Source: a virus (taxonomy: Duplodnaviria; Heunggongvirae; Uroviricota; Caudoviricetes). From it: DNA of 64,000 nucleotides. Where the stretch lies: IMG/VR virus record IMGVR_UViG_3300044296_000239; one strand, given 5' to 3'. The notes under the pieces are model-generated. The model was not told where the DNA came from. It worked only from the letters and a program-made list of their open reading frames with translations, and did not search any database. Position 1 is the first letter of the stretch. Every line of letters begins with the position of its first letter. Positions 48,033-57,072 of this stretch are shown piece by piece. The translations under genes were made by a program, and so were the position numbers.

Positions 48033-48061
48033 ATTATACCACATTTTTTACATGCTGTACA
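48033..48061 (-). promoter_or_regulatory. sigma70-like early promoter
   Basis: minus: TGTACA-N17-TGTGGTATAAT. Confidence 0.5.
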
Positions 48062-48076
48062 TGTAGTGCTTAAATA

Positions 48077-48622
48077 TTACGTATAATGTAAGTATGTACC
48101 AGCAATGTATTTTGCATTAGAGACTGGTGGAAGACCAGCATGTGGGTGAGTCCACATTGGGGGAAACATTAGCAAACGTCCAGTTTTTGGCTGTACTCGC
48201 ATATCATGATCGATACCGATGAAGGCAGTTTCACCGCCTTCTGCTAAATTATTGAGATAGAAAAACATGACAAGGAATCGACGAGCAGATGCATGATCTC
48301 CTACGTCAACGTGTTCCCTAAACTCATCTTTACCACCGACTTCATACTTCTTCATGCGAACTTGTTCAAAGCCGATTTGTTTAGGGAAAAATTTAACGTT
48401 ATGTTGTTCGCAATACTTATCAACGAATGGCTGTACTCGCGAAAGGATATAATTTTGATCTTCAGCAAATAATGGAATTTGACCGAAATTTATTTCATTG
48501 AAGTTCTTGTATGAATCTTCTCTACGAATCCACGCAGTTTTATTGCGTTCAAATTTATCAATAAGACCTTTGCAAAAGTCTTCTTCTAAAACATTATCAA
48601 ATACAGAGATATAATTCTTCAT
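48077..48622 (-). CDS. 2OG-Fe(II) oxygenase (P4H-like), array member 1
   Basis: 181 aa; EHVDVGDH (HxD), GGETAF, HPHAG. Confidence 0.7.
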   Translation of the reverse strand: MKNYISVFDNVLEEDFCKGLIDKFERNKTAWIRREDSYKNFNEINFGQIPLFAEDQNYILSRVQPFVDKYCEQHNVKFFPKQIGFEQVRMKKYEVGGKDEFREHVDVGDHASARRFLVMFFYLNNLAEGGETAFIGIDHDMRVQPKTGRLLMFPPMWTHPHAGLPPVSNAKYIAGTYLHYT

Positions 48623-49272
48623 TATTCTACCACAAAATTAATATTAAGCAAATACCTAGTTTTAAAATTCATTGGATTACTAGGAGCGTGATAACGAAGT
48701 CCATCGAAACATACAATTCTTCCTTGTTGAGGAGTAACTCGTGCAGCTACTGTCGTATGAATATCAGAACCAGGTATATTGTGTTTTGGTTCGAATCGTT
48801 CATTCATAATGATAGTATCACCATCGCTGTCATTAATATAATAAATTAAAGTCTTGTGTTGGATCTCTGTATCTGTATGAATACCATTACAGTTATTTTC
48901 AGAAAACCCGTGTAACGGAATCTGTTTATTAATTTTCATCCGCAAGATTTTTTTTACATTTAATCCGGCTTTTTCAGCAAACAAATCTAGTATGAATAAA
49001 CCCATGTAATAAAAACATTCTGGTTGATGAATCACTTCTGGATCATCTGGAGATCTTGCACCACCAGTATAAGCTAATTTTACCAAGCATGGAGATTCTT
49101 TAATTTCTAAACCTTCGCATGAATAATTGCGTGCTTTCCAATAATCTCCAGCTGAGACTTCTTCATTAAAATCAAGCCAATGTAAATTTCTATCTGTTAC
49201 AGAGTCTAGAATTCTTCTTTGTAAATTTTTAGGAATAAGATCATCATATACGACAATATCATCATTATTCAT
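48622..49272 (-). CDS. 2OG-Fe(II) oxygenase-like paralogue (subfamily with NDSDGDT motif), array member 2
   Basis: 216 aa; HTDTE...H, YYINDSDGDTI, GRIVCFDGLRYH. Confidence 0.6.
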   Translation of the reverse strand: MNNDDIVVYDDLIPKNLQRRILDSVTDRNLHWLDFNEEVSAGDYWKARNYSCEGLEIKESPCLVKLAYTGGARSPDDPEVIHQPECFYYMGLFILDLFAEKAGLNVKKILRMKINKQIPLHGFSENNCNGIHTDTEIQHKTLIYYINDSDGDTIIMNERFEPKHNIPGSDIHTTVAARVTPQQGRIVCFDGLRYHAPSNPMNFKTRYLLNINFVVE

Positions 49273-49934
49273 TGTGTACCTCCTAAATTCATATTAAGTG
49301 TAAGTCTTCGTTTAGCTATTGTTGGAGTGCTGCTACTATGATAGCGCAACCCATTAAATTTAATACAACGCCCAGCTTTTGGCTCAATTCTAGCAGCTAT
49401 AGATAATTCTATTTCTTTATTATTATGAGATGGTTCAAACATTTCGTTATAAAGAATTGTATCTCCATCACTATCATTAATATAATATAATAAAACATCA
49501 TGTGGATATTCCGCATCAACGTGTGGAAAATTAATATTGTTTATTGGCGCATTATTAAGCTGATTAATTTTCATTCTATATAAACGATTAAAGTTCCAAT
49601 TAGTTTTTTGTGCAAACATTTCACATATAAACAATGAATGTTGTAAAGCCCAATATGGATCATACCACTCTTTATCATGAAAAACAGAATGTGTCAATCC
49701 TGGATTATCAATCCACTCAATTTCATCAGTTGACTTATATGTTCTAGGAATTTCAGAACGTGTAATATTTTCTAAATAAAACCAATTAAAATCTTTATCT
49801 AAAGCTTTTTGTGCATATCGTTCAACAAAACTCTTTGGCAAAAAATCATCTAATACAATTATATCATTTGGTAAATTCATAGTTTGCCGCAATTGATATG
49901 CGTTCTCCATGTGGATTTTTAAATGGCCAAACAA
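49269..49934 (-). CDS. 2OG-Fe(II) oxygenase-like paralogue, array member 3
   Basis: 221 aa; HVDAEYPH, YYINDSDGDTI, GRCIKFNGLRYH. Confidence 0.6.
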   Translation of the reverse strand: MFGHLKIHMENAYQLRQTMNLPNDIIVLDDFLPKSFVERYAQKALDKDFNWFYLENITRSEIPRTYKSTDEIEWIDNPGLTHSVFHDKEWYDPYWALQHSLFICEMFAQKTNWNFNRLYRMKINQLNNAPINNINFPHVDAEYPHDVLLYYINDSDGDTILYNEMFEPSHNNKEIELSIAARIEPKAGRCIKFNGLRYHSSSTPTIAKRRLTLNMNLGGTQ

Positions 49935-50514
49935 AGTGTTGACATTTTGGTGGAAAAATAAAAATATCTCCTACTTCTGGTCTATGGGCAAATTTATCAT
50001 TAGAAAAATCCATGTATTCACCATATTTCCATGCAACCATTCCACCATGACATGCAATGTCTTCTTCAGTTGGTGCTGGAATTTGAATATACATTACGAA
50101 TGACACATCCCCCGGGTGATGATGTAATGCATGCATATCTCCAGGTTTTTGTATATTTGCCCAAAGCGATGATTCTCCATCTTTATCTTTATAAGGACGC
50201 ATCGTTTCAACTTGTTGTATACATTTTTCAGATAATTCTTCTGACATACGTATTGATCCACGTAATTCTAAAAAATAATTTAGAATATGACGTTTAACTT
50301 CACTGTCAAATAACTTAAATTCTTCAGGAGTAAAATCCATCATTGGATTTGTACCATTAGTAAACTGTCCTGCTTTAGAACTTCTATTTAATGATGGATC
50401 TTGACGTACACGTTGAATAGCATTATAACACATCTCTAAAACATTAGCATCAATACTTGCTTTATAAATTGCTGGACCAAATGGATATATTACTGCGGGC
50501 ATGGTTCCTCCCAA
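49864..50514 (-). CDS. 2OG-Fe(II) oxygenase-like paralogue (HHH subfamily), array member 4
   Basis: 216 aa; LHHHPGD, GDIFIFPPKCQH. Confidence 0.55.
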   Translation of the reverse strand: MGGTMPAVIYPFGPAIYKASIDANVLEMCYNAIQRVRQDPSLNRSSKAGQFTNGTNPMMDFTPEEFKLFDSEVKRHILNYFLELRGSIRMSEELSEKCIQQVETMRPYKDKDGESSLWANIQKPGDMHALHHHPGDVSFVMYIQIPAPTEEDIACHGGMVAWKYGEYMDFSNDKFAHRPEVGDIFIFPPKCQHFVWPFKNPHGERISIAANYEFTK

Positions 50515-51143
50515 TCAATACAAAACGAAACAGTCATTCTTAGTTCATCAGTCTTATTGGTTTTGATTTCGTGATCTAAATAACCTGGCCAAATTAACAT
50601 ATCACCAGTTTCAGGCATAAATGAATAATAGTTATTTAAAAGCCAGCGCTGACTCATTTCTTGATTTTTATAATACGCAAATGCATTTGGATTAGTAAAT
50701 TCAATTGATCCACCGACCATAGATTTTGGTACGTTCACATAGTATGTTCCAGCTAATAAAAATCCTGCATGATGGTGTCTAGCTTGATATCCATGTTTAG
50801 GATTAATATTAAACCACATCTTTGAAATTTTTAAACGAAGATCAGATTGAACTTCATTGCATCGTAAATCGCATTTTAAAACGGATATACGATTAGCTAC
50901 ATATTCACTAGAATTTTGTAATATTTTATTGACTAAAGGATAAAATTCTGGTAGTGTATGCAATTCACTAGTAAAATCATTATAAAAATGAGTAGTAAAT
51001 CCAGTATTATAAAAATTACCATCATTAACAGGAGATTTTGAATACAAATTCAAAATCCATTCTTTTATTGTTGTATGTGTATCTTCTGACAGTTTATCTC
51101 TAGAATATAATATTTCTGTAGAAAATGGAGTGATAATTTTCAT
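50490..51143 (-). CDS. 2OG-Fe(II) oxygenase-like paralogue (HHH subfamily), array member 5
   Basis: 217 aa; ARHHHAGF, GDMLIWPGYLDH. Confidence 0.55.
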   Translation of the reverse strand: MKIITPFSTEILYSRDKLSEDTHTTIKEWILNLYSKSPVNDGNFYNTGFTTHFYNDFTSELHTLPEFYPLVNKILQNSSEYVANRISVLKCDLRCNEVQSDLRLKISKMWFNINPKHGYQARHHHAGFLLAGTYYVNVPKSMVGGSIEFTNPNAFAYYKNQEMSQRWLLNNYYSFMPETGDMLIWPGYLDHEIKTNKTDELRMTVSFCIDWEEPCPQ

Positions 51144-51745
51144 ACTTTAGAAGCACCCAGCAAATTATAATTAATAATACATCTAGAGCTTTTAGTCGGT
51201 TGTGTACTGCTGTGATACGTATGACCATCAAAAATAACAACTCTTCCTTGTTTGGGTTCAACTTTCATCTTTACTGTCAATTTATCTAAACTTATATCAT
51301 GTTCTTTAATGTCGCTTAAAGTTTCATTATATAATACAGTTGGTCCATCGCTATCATTTACATAATATAATACGACTAAATGTGGAATTTCATAATCAAT
51401 GTGCGGATGATTTAATAGTTTATTATTTGGATCAGTTGGAAAATGTAAAAATGATCTTGCTCGCATCAGTTCATCGAATACAATACCTTGTTTATCGCAT
51501 ACTTCCAATAAAAGAGGATAAATCATATGATGCCATGGACTAAGAGGATTTGGGCTCCTAACATTATCATAATACAAATGAGATAAACCAGGTTTTGGAA
51601 TAAAACCAATTGGCATTTTACCCATTGGATATGTAATATCAGGCTGATAATACCATTCAATCTTTGCACTTAAAAGACTATCACGAATGTGTTCTTGATA
51701 AAGTTTCGAAATTACGTTGTCTAACACAATTGGTTCATCAAACAT
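51140..51745 (-). CDS. 2OG-Fe(II) oxygenase-like paralogue, array member 6
   Basis: 201 aa; HIDYEIPH, YYVNDSDGPTV, GRVVIFDGHTYH. Confidence 0.6.
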   Translation of the reverse strand: MFDEPIVLDNVISKLYQEHIRDSLLSAKIEWYYQPDITYPMGKMPIGFIPKPGLSHLYYDNVRSPNPLSPWHHMIYPLLLEVCDKQGIVFDELMRARSFLHFPTDPNNKLLNHPHIDYEIPHLVVLYYVNDSDGPTVLYNETLSDIKEHDISLDKLTVKMKVEPKQGRVVIFDGHTYHSSTQPTKSSRCIINYNLLGASKV

Positions 51746-52337
51746 TTTGTATAAAGTTTCCTAATAAATTAAAATTTATGATTGCTCTTGGATTATAAAT
51801 TGGTTGTTCTGCAGTGTGATAATTATCGCCATTAAATATAACACATCTTCCTTTTTTTGGAGTGATTCGTATTAATTCTTTAAAATCTTTTGCTTCTAAA
51901 TTAAAATCTACTGCATCAGTGCGTTTGTGATCTACTAGTATCGTATCACCGTCAGAGTCGACTATGTAATATAATACAACTAAATGCGGAAATGGTTGAT
52001 CAACGTGTAGAGCATCTACATCTTTAGACCTAAAATGTTCAGAGAGAGGAAGTTGTAAAAATGATCTAGCTTTTATTACTAAATCGATTTTAAAATTGAT
52101 ATGCTTACACGCTTCATAAGCAATAGGACTTACCATATGAAAATACTGTTCATCGTGGTATTTTTGAAAATCTGTAAATAGATGAGAAAATGCTGGTGTC
52201 TTGCGATGATTTGCACCGTTAGCATACGTAATATCATTTACAAAAAACCAAGGAGCTTTTTGTACAAATTCTTCTATTAAGACATTTTGATATGAAATGT
52301 CTATAACATCGTCAATAATTATTGGAGTATCAATCAT
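51738..52337 (-). CDS. 2OG-Fe(II) oxygenase-like paralogue, array member 7
   Basis: 199 aa; HVDQPFPH, YYIVDSDGDTI, GRCVIFNGDNYH. Confidence 0.6.
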   Translation of the reverse strand: MIDTPIIIDDVIDISYQNVLIEEFVQKAPWFFVNDITYANGANHRKTPAFSHLFTDFQKYHDEQYFHMVSPIAYEACKHINFKIDLVIKARSFLQLPLSEHFRSKDVDALHVDQPFPHLVVLYYIVDSDGDTILVDHKRTDAVDFNLEAKDFKELIRITPKKGRCVIFNGDNYHTAEQPIYNPRAIINFNLLGNFIQNV

Positions 52338-52384
52338 AATCTATATATCTCAAAAATTAGGGCCTCTGAAGGCCCTAAATTGAT

Positions 52385-52942
52385 TTACATCAAAACCCGC
52401 GAATGTTTTGGTACACCGCTTAATAAGTATTCCATTTGATCAGCAAGAATATTTCTATTCATGAGAATCATGTGTTCGTAGTGGTTTGGTTCATATGGAA
52501 TGTATAGTAATTCCAACCTAGCTTCTTTAAGAGTTCTGTCACTCTTCACAGAGTTACATTTCTTACAAGCTGTTACTACGTTCATCCAAATATTCTCACC
52601 GCCACGTGACACAGGAGTGATATGATCACGGGAAAGATTATTAGAAGTGAAATGATTACCACAGTAGGCGCAGACATGTCGATCTCTCGCGAATAGTGTT
52701 TTGTTACTCAAAACAACACGTCCAAATTTAGCTGGGTTAAATCCTTCACCGCCTTTAATGGCAATGATAGATGGAGATTCTAAATATGATTCAGTTCCAT
52801 CATTTTGCAAACCACCGCGGAATTTAGCGACTGGCTCACCAAGTGTCCATGCCACTTGATTTTTCGCATGATACATAATTGCTTGTTCGAAATTTAACCA
52901 TTGACGTGGTATACCACCCACATCAAGCGCTAGCACATTCAT
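52385..52942 (-). CDS. HNH endonuclease
   Basis: 185 aa; CAYCG...DHITPVSRGGENIWMNVVTACKKCN (HNH with zinc-binding Cys pairs). Confidence 0.75.
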   Translation of the reverse strand: MNVLALDVGGIPRQWLNFEQAIMYHAKNQVAWTLGEPVAKFRGGLQNDGTESYLESPSIIAIKGGEGFNPAKFGRVVLSNKTLFARDRHVCAYCGNHFTSNNLSRDHITPVSRGGENIWMNVVTACKKCNSVKSDRTLKEARLELLYIPYEPNHYEHMILMNRNILADQMEYLLSGVPKHSRVLM

Positions 52943-52975
52943 GATTACCTCATTTGTTGTTTCTCTTTATTTATC

Positions 52976-53051
52976 TGGTACCCAGTGTTGGACTCGAACC
53001 AACATCGCTCTCCTTGTAAGGGAGACGTATCACCTCTCTACGCAACTGGGC
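52976..53051 (-). tRNA. tRNA-Val(UAC)
   Basis: manual fold: acceptor GCCCAGU/ACUGGGU, anticodon loop CUUACAA, T-loop UUCGAGU, CCA encoded. Confidence 0.7.
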
Positions 53052-53174
53052 ATAATTCTTTGGGGTGTCATACGAGTATCGATCTCGTACCACCAGTTTC
53101 ACAGACTAGTATGCAGGCCACTACACTAATGACACCATAGATCAAAATACACTCTTTGAATACACTTTGATTTA

Positions 53175-53249
53175 TGGTAGGGGCACAGAGAATCGAACTC
53201 TGATTTACTGGTTAAAAGCCAGTTACTTTAGCCGTTAAGTTATACCCCC
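53175..53249 (-). tRNA. tRNA-Lys(UUU)
   Basis: acceptor GGGGGUA/UGCCCCU, anticodon loop CUUUUAA, T-loop UUCGAUU, CCA encoded. Confidence 0.7.
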
Positions 53250-53277
53250 ATCATCTTTCGAGGTTTATGTTTTCGTT

Positions 53278-53469
53278 TCATCGTCTTTTCTTCCATTCAT
53301 AATCGATACCATCTGGACATACTCCGTTTTTCACAGAATCTATACCAAACTTACCGCATACTTCCATGTTGTTTCCTTTGATTGTTACAAATGTACCCAA
53401 TTCTTTTGCGTACTCTAATGCTTCATCAAGTGTTTTAAATTGTTTTTCGTTTATACTATACATTATCAT
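53278..53469 (-). CDS. small hypothetical protein inside the tRNA array
   Basis: 63-aa ORF between tRNA-Lys and tRNA-Gly. Confidence 0.4.
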   Translation of the reverse strand: MIMYSINEKQFKTLDEALEYAKELGTFVTIKGNNMEVCGKFGIDSVKNGVCPDGIDYEWKKRR

Positions 53470-53470
53470 T

Positions 53471-53543
53471 TGGAGCGGGAGACGGGATTCGAACCCGCTC
53501 CGTCAGCTTGGAAGGCTGAGTCCTCTCCCAGGAGAACTCCCGC
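53471..53543 (-). tRNA. tRNA-Gly(UCC)
   Basis: acceptor GCGGGAG/CUCCCGC, anticodon loop CUUCCAA, T-loop UUCGAAU, CCA encoded. Confidence 0.7.
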
Positions 53544-53807
53544 AAATTAGATGGAGATAAGAATTCAATTCAGACCGCGATAAGTCGCTCAGCAACCTGC
53601 AACTAGCAATACGCAACATGCAGGCCACAAAGTCTATATTCCCATTAGCAATAAGCAGCGACTTAATGTCAGTATAATGGGAGCAACTAACTATGGGTTG
53701 GCCGTTGTTAGTCGGATTAGCTTTCAAGGCTAACCAATTCCAGTAAAAGTGGAATTGTTTGTGCGCTTATCTAATGCAGATCCTCTTATCCTTCTTACCT
53801 CCGAAAA

Positions 53808-54392
53808 TTAAACTAAACCTTCCTCTTGAAGAGTCAATTTAGTTGGATCACTCAATTGAATGAGTGTGTTAACATTTAGCTGCAATAGCTTATCAGCTAG
53901 ACCTTGACGCTCACGCTTCAACATCTTTACCGTTGCCTTTGCAGCTACGATATCTGTCTCAGATACCACAGTAGTGTCAACGTTGTTGTAACGTTCACCA
54001 TATAGTGCACTACGCGCATCTACTGGAGTTTGCTTCATCTTAACGATGCGCGCATTGATCTCGCTAACGTCTTTACGAGGCTGTGTATTTACAACTACGT
54101 TATTGATTGCGATCTGTGCATCAATTAATTCAACATCAGCCAATACATCGCTAATGCCGCTTTCAACGTTTGCACGTCCCACTGCAGCTCGAATCTGGTA
54201 CAAAGCTTTATTCAAAGCTTCTTTACGCTCAAGCGCTTGTTTAAATTCTAATGCACCTTTACTCAAGGTACCTTCTACATCTGCAGTGAATTCATTCACT
54301 ACGATATCTGTTTTTGTGTTTACGCCGCCAATTGCACGACGAAGTTCACTTTGGATTGCATTTGCTTTACGAAGATTAATTTGCATATTCAT
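53808..54392 (-). CDS. hypothetical protein
   Basis: start trimmed to MNMQINLRK (RBS AAGGAAA); the ORF-track N-terminal extension would run through tRNA genes. Confidence 0.55.
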   Translation of the reverse strand: MNMQINLRKANAIQSELRRAIGGVNTKTDIVVNEFTADVEGTLSKGALEFKQALERKEALNKALYQIRAAVGRANVESGISDVLADVELIDAQIAINNVVVNTQPRKDVSEINARIVKMKQTPVDARSALYGERYNNVDTTVVSETDIVAAKATVKMLKRERQGLADKLLQLNVNTLIQLSDPTKLTLQEEGLV

Positions 54393-54413
54393 TTCCTTTG
54401 CATTGTATAGTAT

Positions 54414-54443
54414 ATTATACCATAATTTTAAATTGTTGTAAAC
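54414..54443 (-). promoter_or_regulatory. sigma70-like early promoter
   Basis: minus: GTTTACA-N17-TATGGTATAAT; directly downstream of a tRNA 3' end. Confidence 0.5.
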
Positions 54444-54538
54444 TGGTACTCCCGACCGGATTCGAACCGATATCATTCCCTCATCTAGAGACATCGCCAA
54501 GGTATAAGCTTGGAGTTTTACCATTAAACTACAGGAGC
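54444..54538 (-). tRNA. atypical long tRNA-like gene (95 nt; anticodon loop CUUAUAC gives UAU; about 25-nt variable region)
   Basis: acceptor GCUCCUG/CGGGAGU, D-arm GUUU-AAUGGUA-AAAC, T-arm AUCGG-UUCGAAU-CCGGU, CCA encoded; identity unresolved. Confidence 0.45.
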
Positions 54539-54545
54539 ATTGATC

Positions 54546-54621
54546 TGGCACCCCGTAAAGGAATCGAACCTCTACCTCAACGTTCGTAGCGTTGTATGAT
54601 CATCCATTTCACCAACGGGGC
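54546..54621 (-). tRNA. tRNA-Arg(ACG)
   Basis: acceptor GCCCCGU/ACGGGGU, anticodon loop CUACGAA, T-loop UUCGAUU, CCA encoded. Confidence 0.7.
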
Positions 54622-54626
54622 ATTGT

Positions 54627-54702
54627 TGGTCCCGACACTTGGTTACGCACCAAGCTCTCTGGCTTTTCAGACCAGCGCTTTCACTAGATTAGCTTTATCG
54701 GG
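54627..54702 (-). tRNA. tRNA-Phe(GAA)
   Basis: acceptor CCCGAUA/UGUCGGG, anticodon loop CUGAAAA, non-canonical T-loop UGCGUAA, CCA encoded. Confidence 0.6.
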
Positions 54703-54711
54703 AAAATTAAT

Positions 54712-54788
54712 TGGTGCCCTAGGAGAGACTCGAACTCTCAGAACCTGGTTTCTAAGACCAGTACGTATACCAATTCCGTCACCAGGGC
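54712..54788 (-). tRNA. class-I-architecture tRNA with Leu anticodon UAG (identity uncertain)
   Basis: acceptor GCCCUGG/CUAGGGC, anticodon arm CUGGU-CUUAGAA-ACCAG, short variable GUUCU, T-loop UUCGAGU, CCA encoded. Confidence 0.55.
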
Positions 54789-54795
54789 ATTGTTG

Positions 54796-55437
54796 TTATT
54801 TCGATTTCATCAACTCATTGACAAAATCTAATAGTAATTGTTGTTTGGGTTTATACTTACCCTTCATCCATGTATATGAATCATACCAAAATTGTTCTGC
54901 TTCAGGATGACAACCTATTAGACCAACATTGTCTTGTATAATTGCCATCGGATCACCGTTCATGTATCTTGCATATGTTCTAAAATTTTCTTCACTTCCT
55001 GTAACTGCAAATCCATCGTAAAAGAACATTCTTTCCCGTCTACCGTTCCAGTCAACTTCCAAATCTTTTGCGTGCGGTCTTCTTGTATCTGTTCCTGGGC
55101 GAGTGATATACTGAGTTGTATCACAAGCATTAAGTATGCCAAAATAATGAGACCCTGCCCAATAACCTCCCATGCATATACCAATGTAGGGTCGACCGGA
55201 CCTGACAAATTTCCGTATATGATCTCTATTATTGACAAACAAGTGACGGAAAGAATCGCTATCACCGAACCCGCCCCCAAAACATATTGCATCAACCGTT
55301 TCAAAGAATCCATTCTCTACTTCCTGCTTAGTGAATAGTTTAAAATCATAATGAGAAGATAACGCAGCCATTATACCATTATTTGACTGCGTTGAACAAT
55401 ATGGTTGTGCAACAAATAAACCTATTTTTGGTTTCAC
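54796..55437 (-). CDS. class-I glutamine amidotransferase-like / BPL_N-like protein
   Basis: 213 aa; GGGFGDSDSF and GICMGGYW (nucleophile-elbow-like Cys). Confidence 0.4.
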   Translation of the reverse strand: MKPKIGLFVAQPYCSTQSNNGIMAALSSHYDFKLFTKQEVENGFFETVDAICFGGGFGDSDSFRHLFVNNRDHIRKFVRSGRPYIGICMGGYWAGSHYFGILNACDTTQYITRPGTDTRRPHAKDLEVDWNGRRERMFFYDGFAVTGSEENFRTYARYMNGDPMAIIQDNVGLIGCHPEAEQFWYDSYTWMKGKYKPKQQLLLDFVNELMKSK

Positions 55438-55451
55438 ATTTTTCCAATATT

Positions 55452-55525
55452 TGGAGCGGGTAGCGAGACTCGAACTCGCAAATAAACCTTGGCAAGGTTT
55501 CAGGTTACCTTTACATCATACCCGC
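55452..55525 (-). tRNA. tRNA-Gly(GCC)
   Basis: acceptor GCGGGUA/UACCCGC, anticodon arm AAACC-UUGCCAA-GGUUU, T-loop UUCGAGU, CCA encoded. Confidence 0.65.
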
Positions 55526-55755
55526 ATGTTTTTTAGATTGAACCTTTGATTTTAATGTCTGGAATAATTGCAGTAATTTTTACTTCTTTTTTATCCTCGG
55601 ACTCTAAATCATAATACTCATCTTTATTTATTGCTTCATCAAATTTTTCAGCTTCAGTTTTCTTTTTCTTTCCAAAGATAGCATCCCAACGATTATCATA
55701 TTCTTCTTGAGAAACACTAAATGGTCTTGGTTTACTTCCTTTTCCACCATCACTC

Positions 55756-55923
55756 ATTTTTTACCTCTGCGCTTTTCAACTTGTTTTTGTTTAATACGTC
55801 CGTCTAAGGCTTGAACTGTGTTTAACAATTTTTGTTTCCATTCCTCTTCACTGAGTGAATGCCAACCGACACACTTAGACGTCAACGATCTACCGCATGT
55901 ACACTTTTTATCTTCAGTCATAA
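55756..55923 (-). CDS. small Cys-containing protein (about 55 aa)
   Basis: MTEDKKCTCGRSLTSKCVGW...; below the ORF-track cutoff. Confidence 0.3.
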
Positions 55924-56564
55924 TAATTCCATTTTATGGATCTTTTTGAGACCTTTGTTTTTAACATAACATTAAAACTTAGCGAAATACGTTCTCCTAT
56001 AAAATTTCCTGGTTGTGTTCCGTGTTGTAACCAACTTGGAAATATAAAAATTTTACCCTGAGTTGGTTTAAATTTATATATTTCAAAATTATTAAATCCA
56101 GGCTTATAGTCAAAAACATACGTATTTGATATTGGTCCTCGAGGATCAGTAAAAAACAAATCTCCTGAACCTTCTGGTGCATTTAAATAAAATACACCCG
56201 AAAACATACTGTTTGGATGATGATGTATTTCATGCTGACTTTTATCAACGTGTGAATTTCCCCACATACAATTAATATGAAGATCTTCGTGTAAAATACC
56301 CATATCATCAACTGCAGCTGCAACTCTACTTAAGAATATATCTCTTATAGGAAACCACTCTTCTCTTAAGTGTAAATCATCTGGACTTACCCAATTTCCC
56401 AATCCAGAATAAACTCCACTATCTTCATTTTCACGAATATCTATAAATTTTTGTGTATATTCATTTAATATTGTTGTATCAGCTAAATGATATTCCCAAA
56501 TTCTAGTTGGAAATAAAGTATGTCTAATTGATTCATCAAATTGTGGAATCATATAATCTCTCAT
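55914..56564 (-). CDS. 2OG-Fe(II) oxygenase-like paralogue (HHH subfamily)
   Basis: start trimmed to MRDYMIPQF; EIHHHPNS, GKIFIFPSWLQH; the untrimmed ORF would read through tRNA-Pro. Confidence 0.55.
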   Translation of the reverse strand: MRDYMIPQFDESIRHTLFPTRIWEYHLADTTILNEYTQKFIDIRENEDSGVYSGLGNWVSPDDLHLREEWFPIRDIFLSRVAAAVDDMGILHEDLHINCMWGNSHVDKSQHEIHHHPNSMFSGVFYLNAPEGSGDLFFTDPRGPISNTYVFDYKPGFNNFEIYKFKPTQGKIFIFPSWLQHGTQPGNFIGERISLSFNVMLKTKVSKRSIKWNYYD

Positions 56565-56566
56565 GT

Positions 56567-56644
56567 TGGTCGGAGATACAGGATTCGAACCTGTGACCCT
56601 CTGCTCCCAAAGCAGATGCGCTAGCCAGACTGCGCTAATCTCCG
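56567..56644 (-). tRNA. tRNA-Pro(UGG)
   Basis: acceptor CGGAGAU/AUCUCCG, anticodon loop UUUGGGA, T-loop UUCGAAU, CCA encoded. Confidence 0.7.
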
Positions 56645-56649
56645 ATAAG

Positions 56650-56723
56650 TGGTGCCCCATCACAGAATCGAACTGCAAGCCTCGGATTACAAAACCGATG
56701 TTTTACCATTAAACTAATAGGGC
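56650..56723 (-). tRNA. tRNA-Thr(UGU)
   Basis: acceptor GCCCUAU/AUGGGGC, anticodon loop UUUGUAA, T-loop UUCGAUU, CCA encoded. Confidence 0.6.
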
Positions 56724-56739
56724 AAATAACTATATATCT

Positions 56740-56814
56740 TGGTGGTAATGGTTGGATTCGAACCAACGTTAGCTTCCGTATGAAGGAAGTGCAAGGCCTC
56801 TTTGCTACATTACC
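56740..56814 (-). tRNA. tRNA-Met(CAU), elongator type (or Ile-lysidine)
   Basis: acceptor GGUAAUG/CAUUACC, anticodon arm CUUCC-UUCAUAC-GGAAG, T-loop UUCGAAU, CCA encoded. Confidence 0.65.
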
Positions 56815-56818
56815 AATA

Positions 56819-56906
56819 TGGTGGGTGTTGATGGTAACGCTCCACGAACTCAACTTCCCACCTCTTAGAGTAACGGATTTACAGTCCGCCGGCGGGGGCA
56901 ACACCC
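56819..56906 (-). tRNA. tRNA-Tyr(GUA) candidate, class II, atypical T-arm
   Basis: acceptor GGGUGUU/AACACCC plus A-CCA; anticodon arm GCGGA-CUGUAAA-UCCGU; long variable region; T-arm does not fold canonically by eye. Confidence 0.4.
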
Positions 56907-56912
56907 TTAATA

Positions 56913-56990
56913 TGGCTGTGCATCTAGGGATCGAACCTAGCTCATTCCTGATTAACAGTCAGGCGCATACACCTTGCTTGCTCATGCACA
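56913..56990 (-). tRNA. tRNA-Asn(GUU)
   Basis: acceptor UGUGCAU/AUGCACA, anticodon arm CCUGA-CUGUUAA-UCAGG, T-loop UUCGAUC, CCA encoded. Confidence 0.65.
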
Positions 56991-56997
56991 ATAAAAT

Positions 56998-57068
56998 TGG
57001 TTGCGGGGGAAAGATTCGAACTTTCTAGGAAAAGCTTATGAGACTCTCCTCTACCCTGACTCCCCGCG
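56998..57068 (-). tRNA. tRNA-Met(CAU), initiator-like (C1xA72 mismatch), short
   Basis: acceptor CGCGGGG/CCCCGCA, anticodon loop CUCAUAA, T-arm GAAAG-UUCGAAU-CUUUC, CCA encoded; D-arm unclear. Confidence 0.45.
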
Positions 57069-57072
57069 ATTT

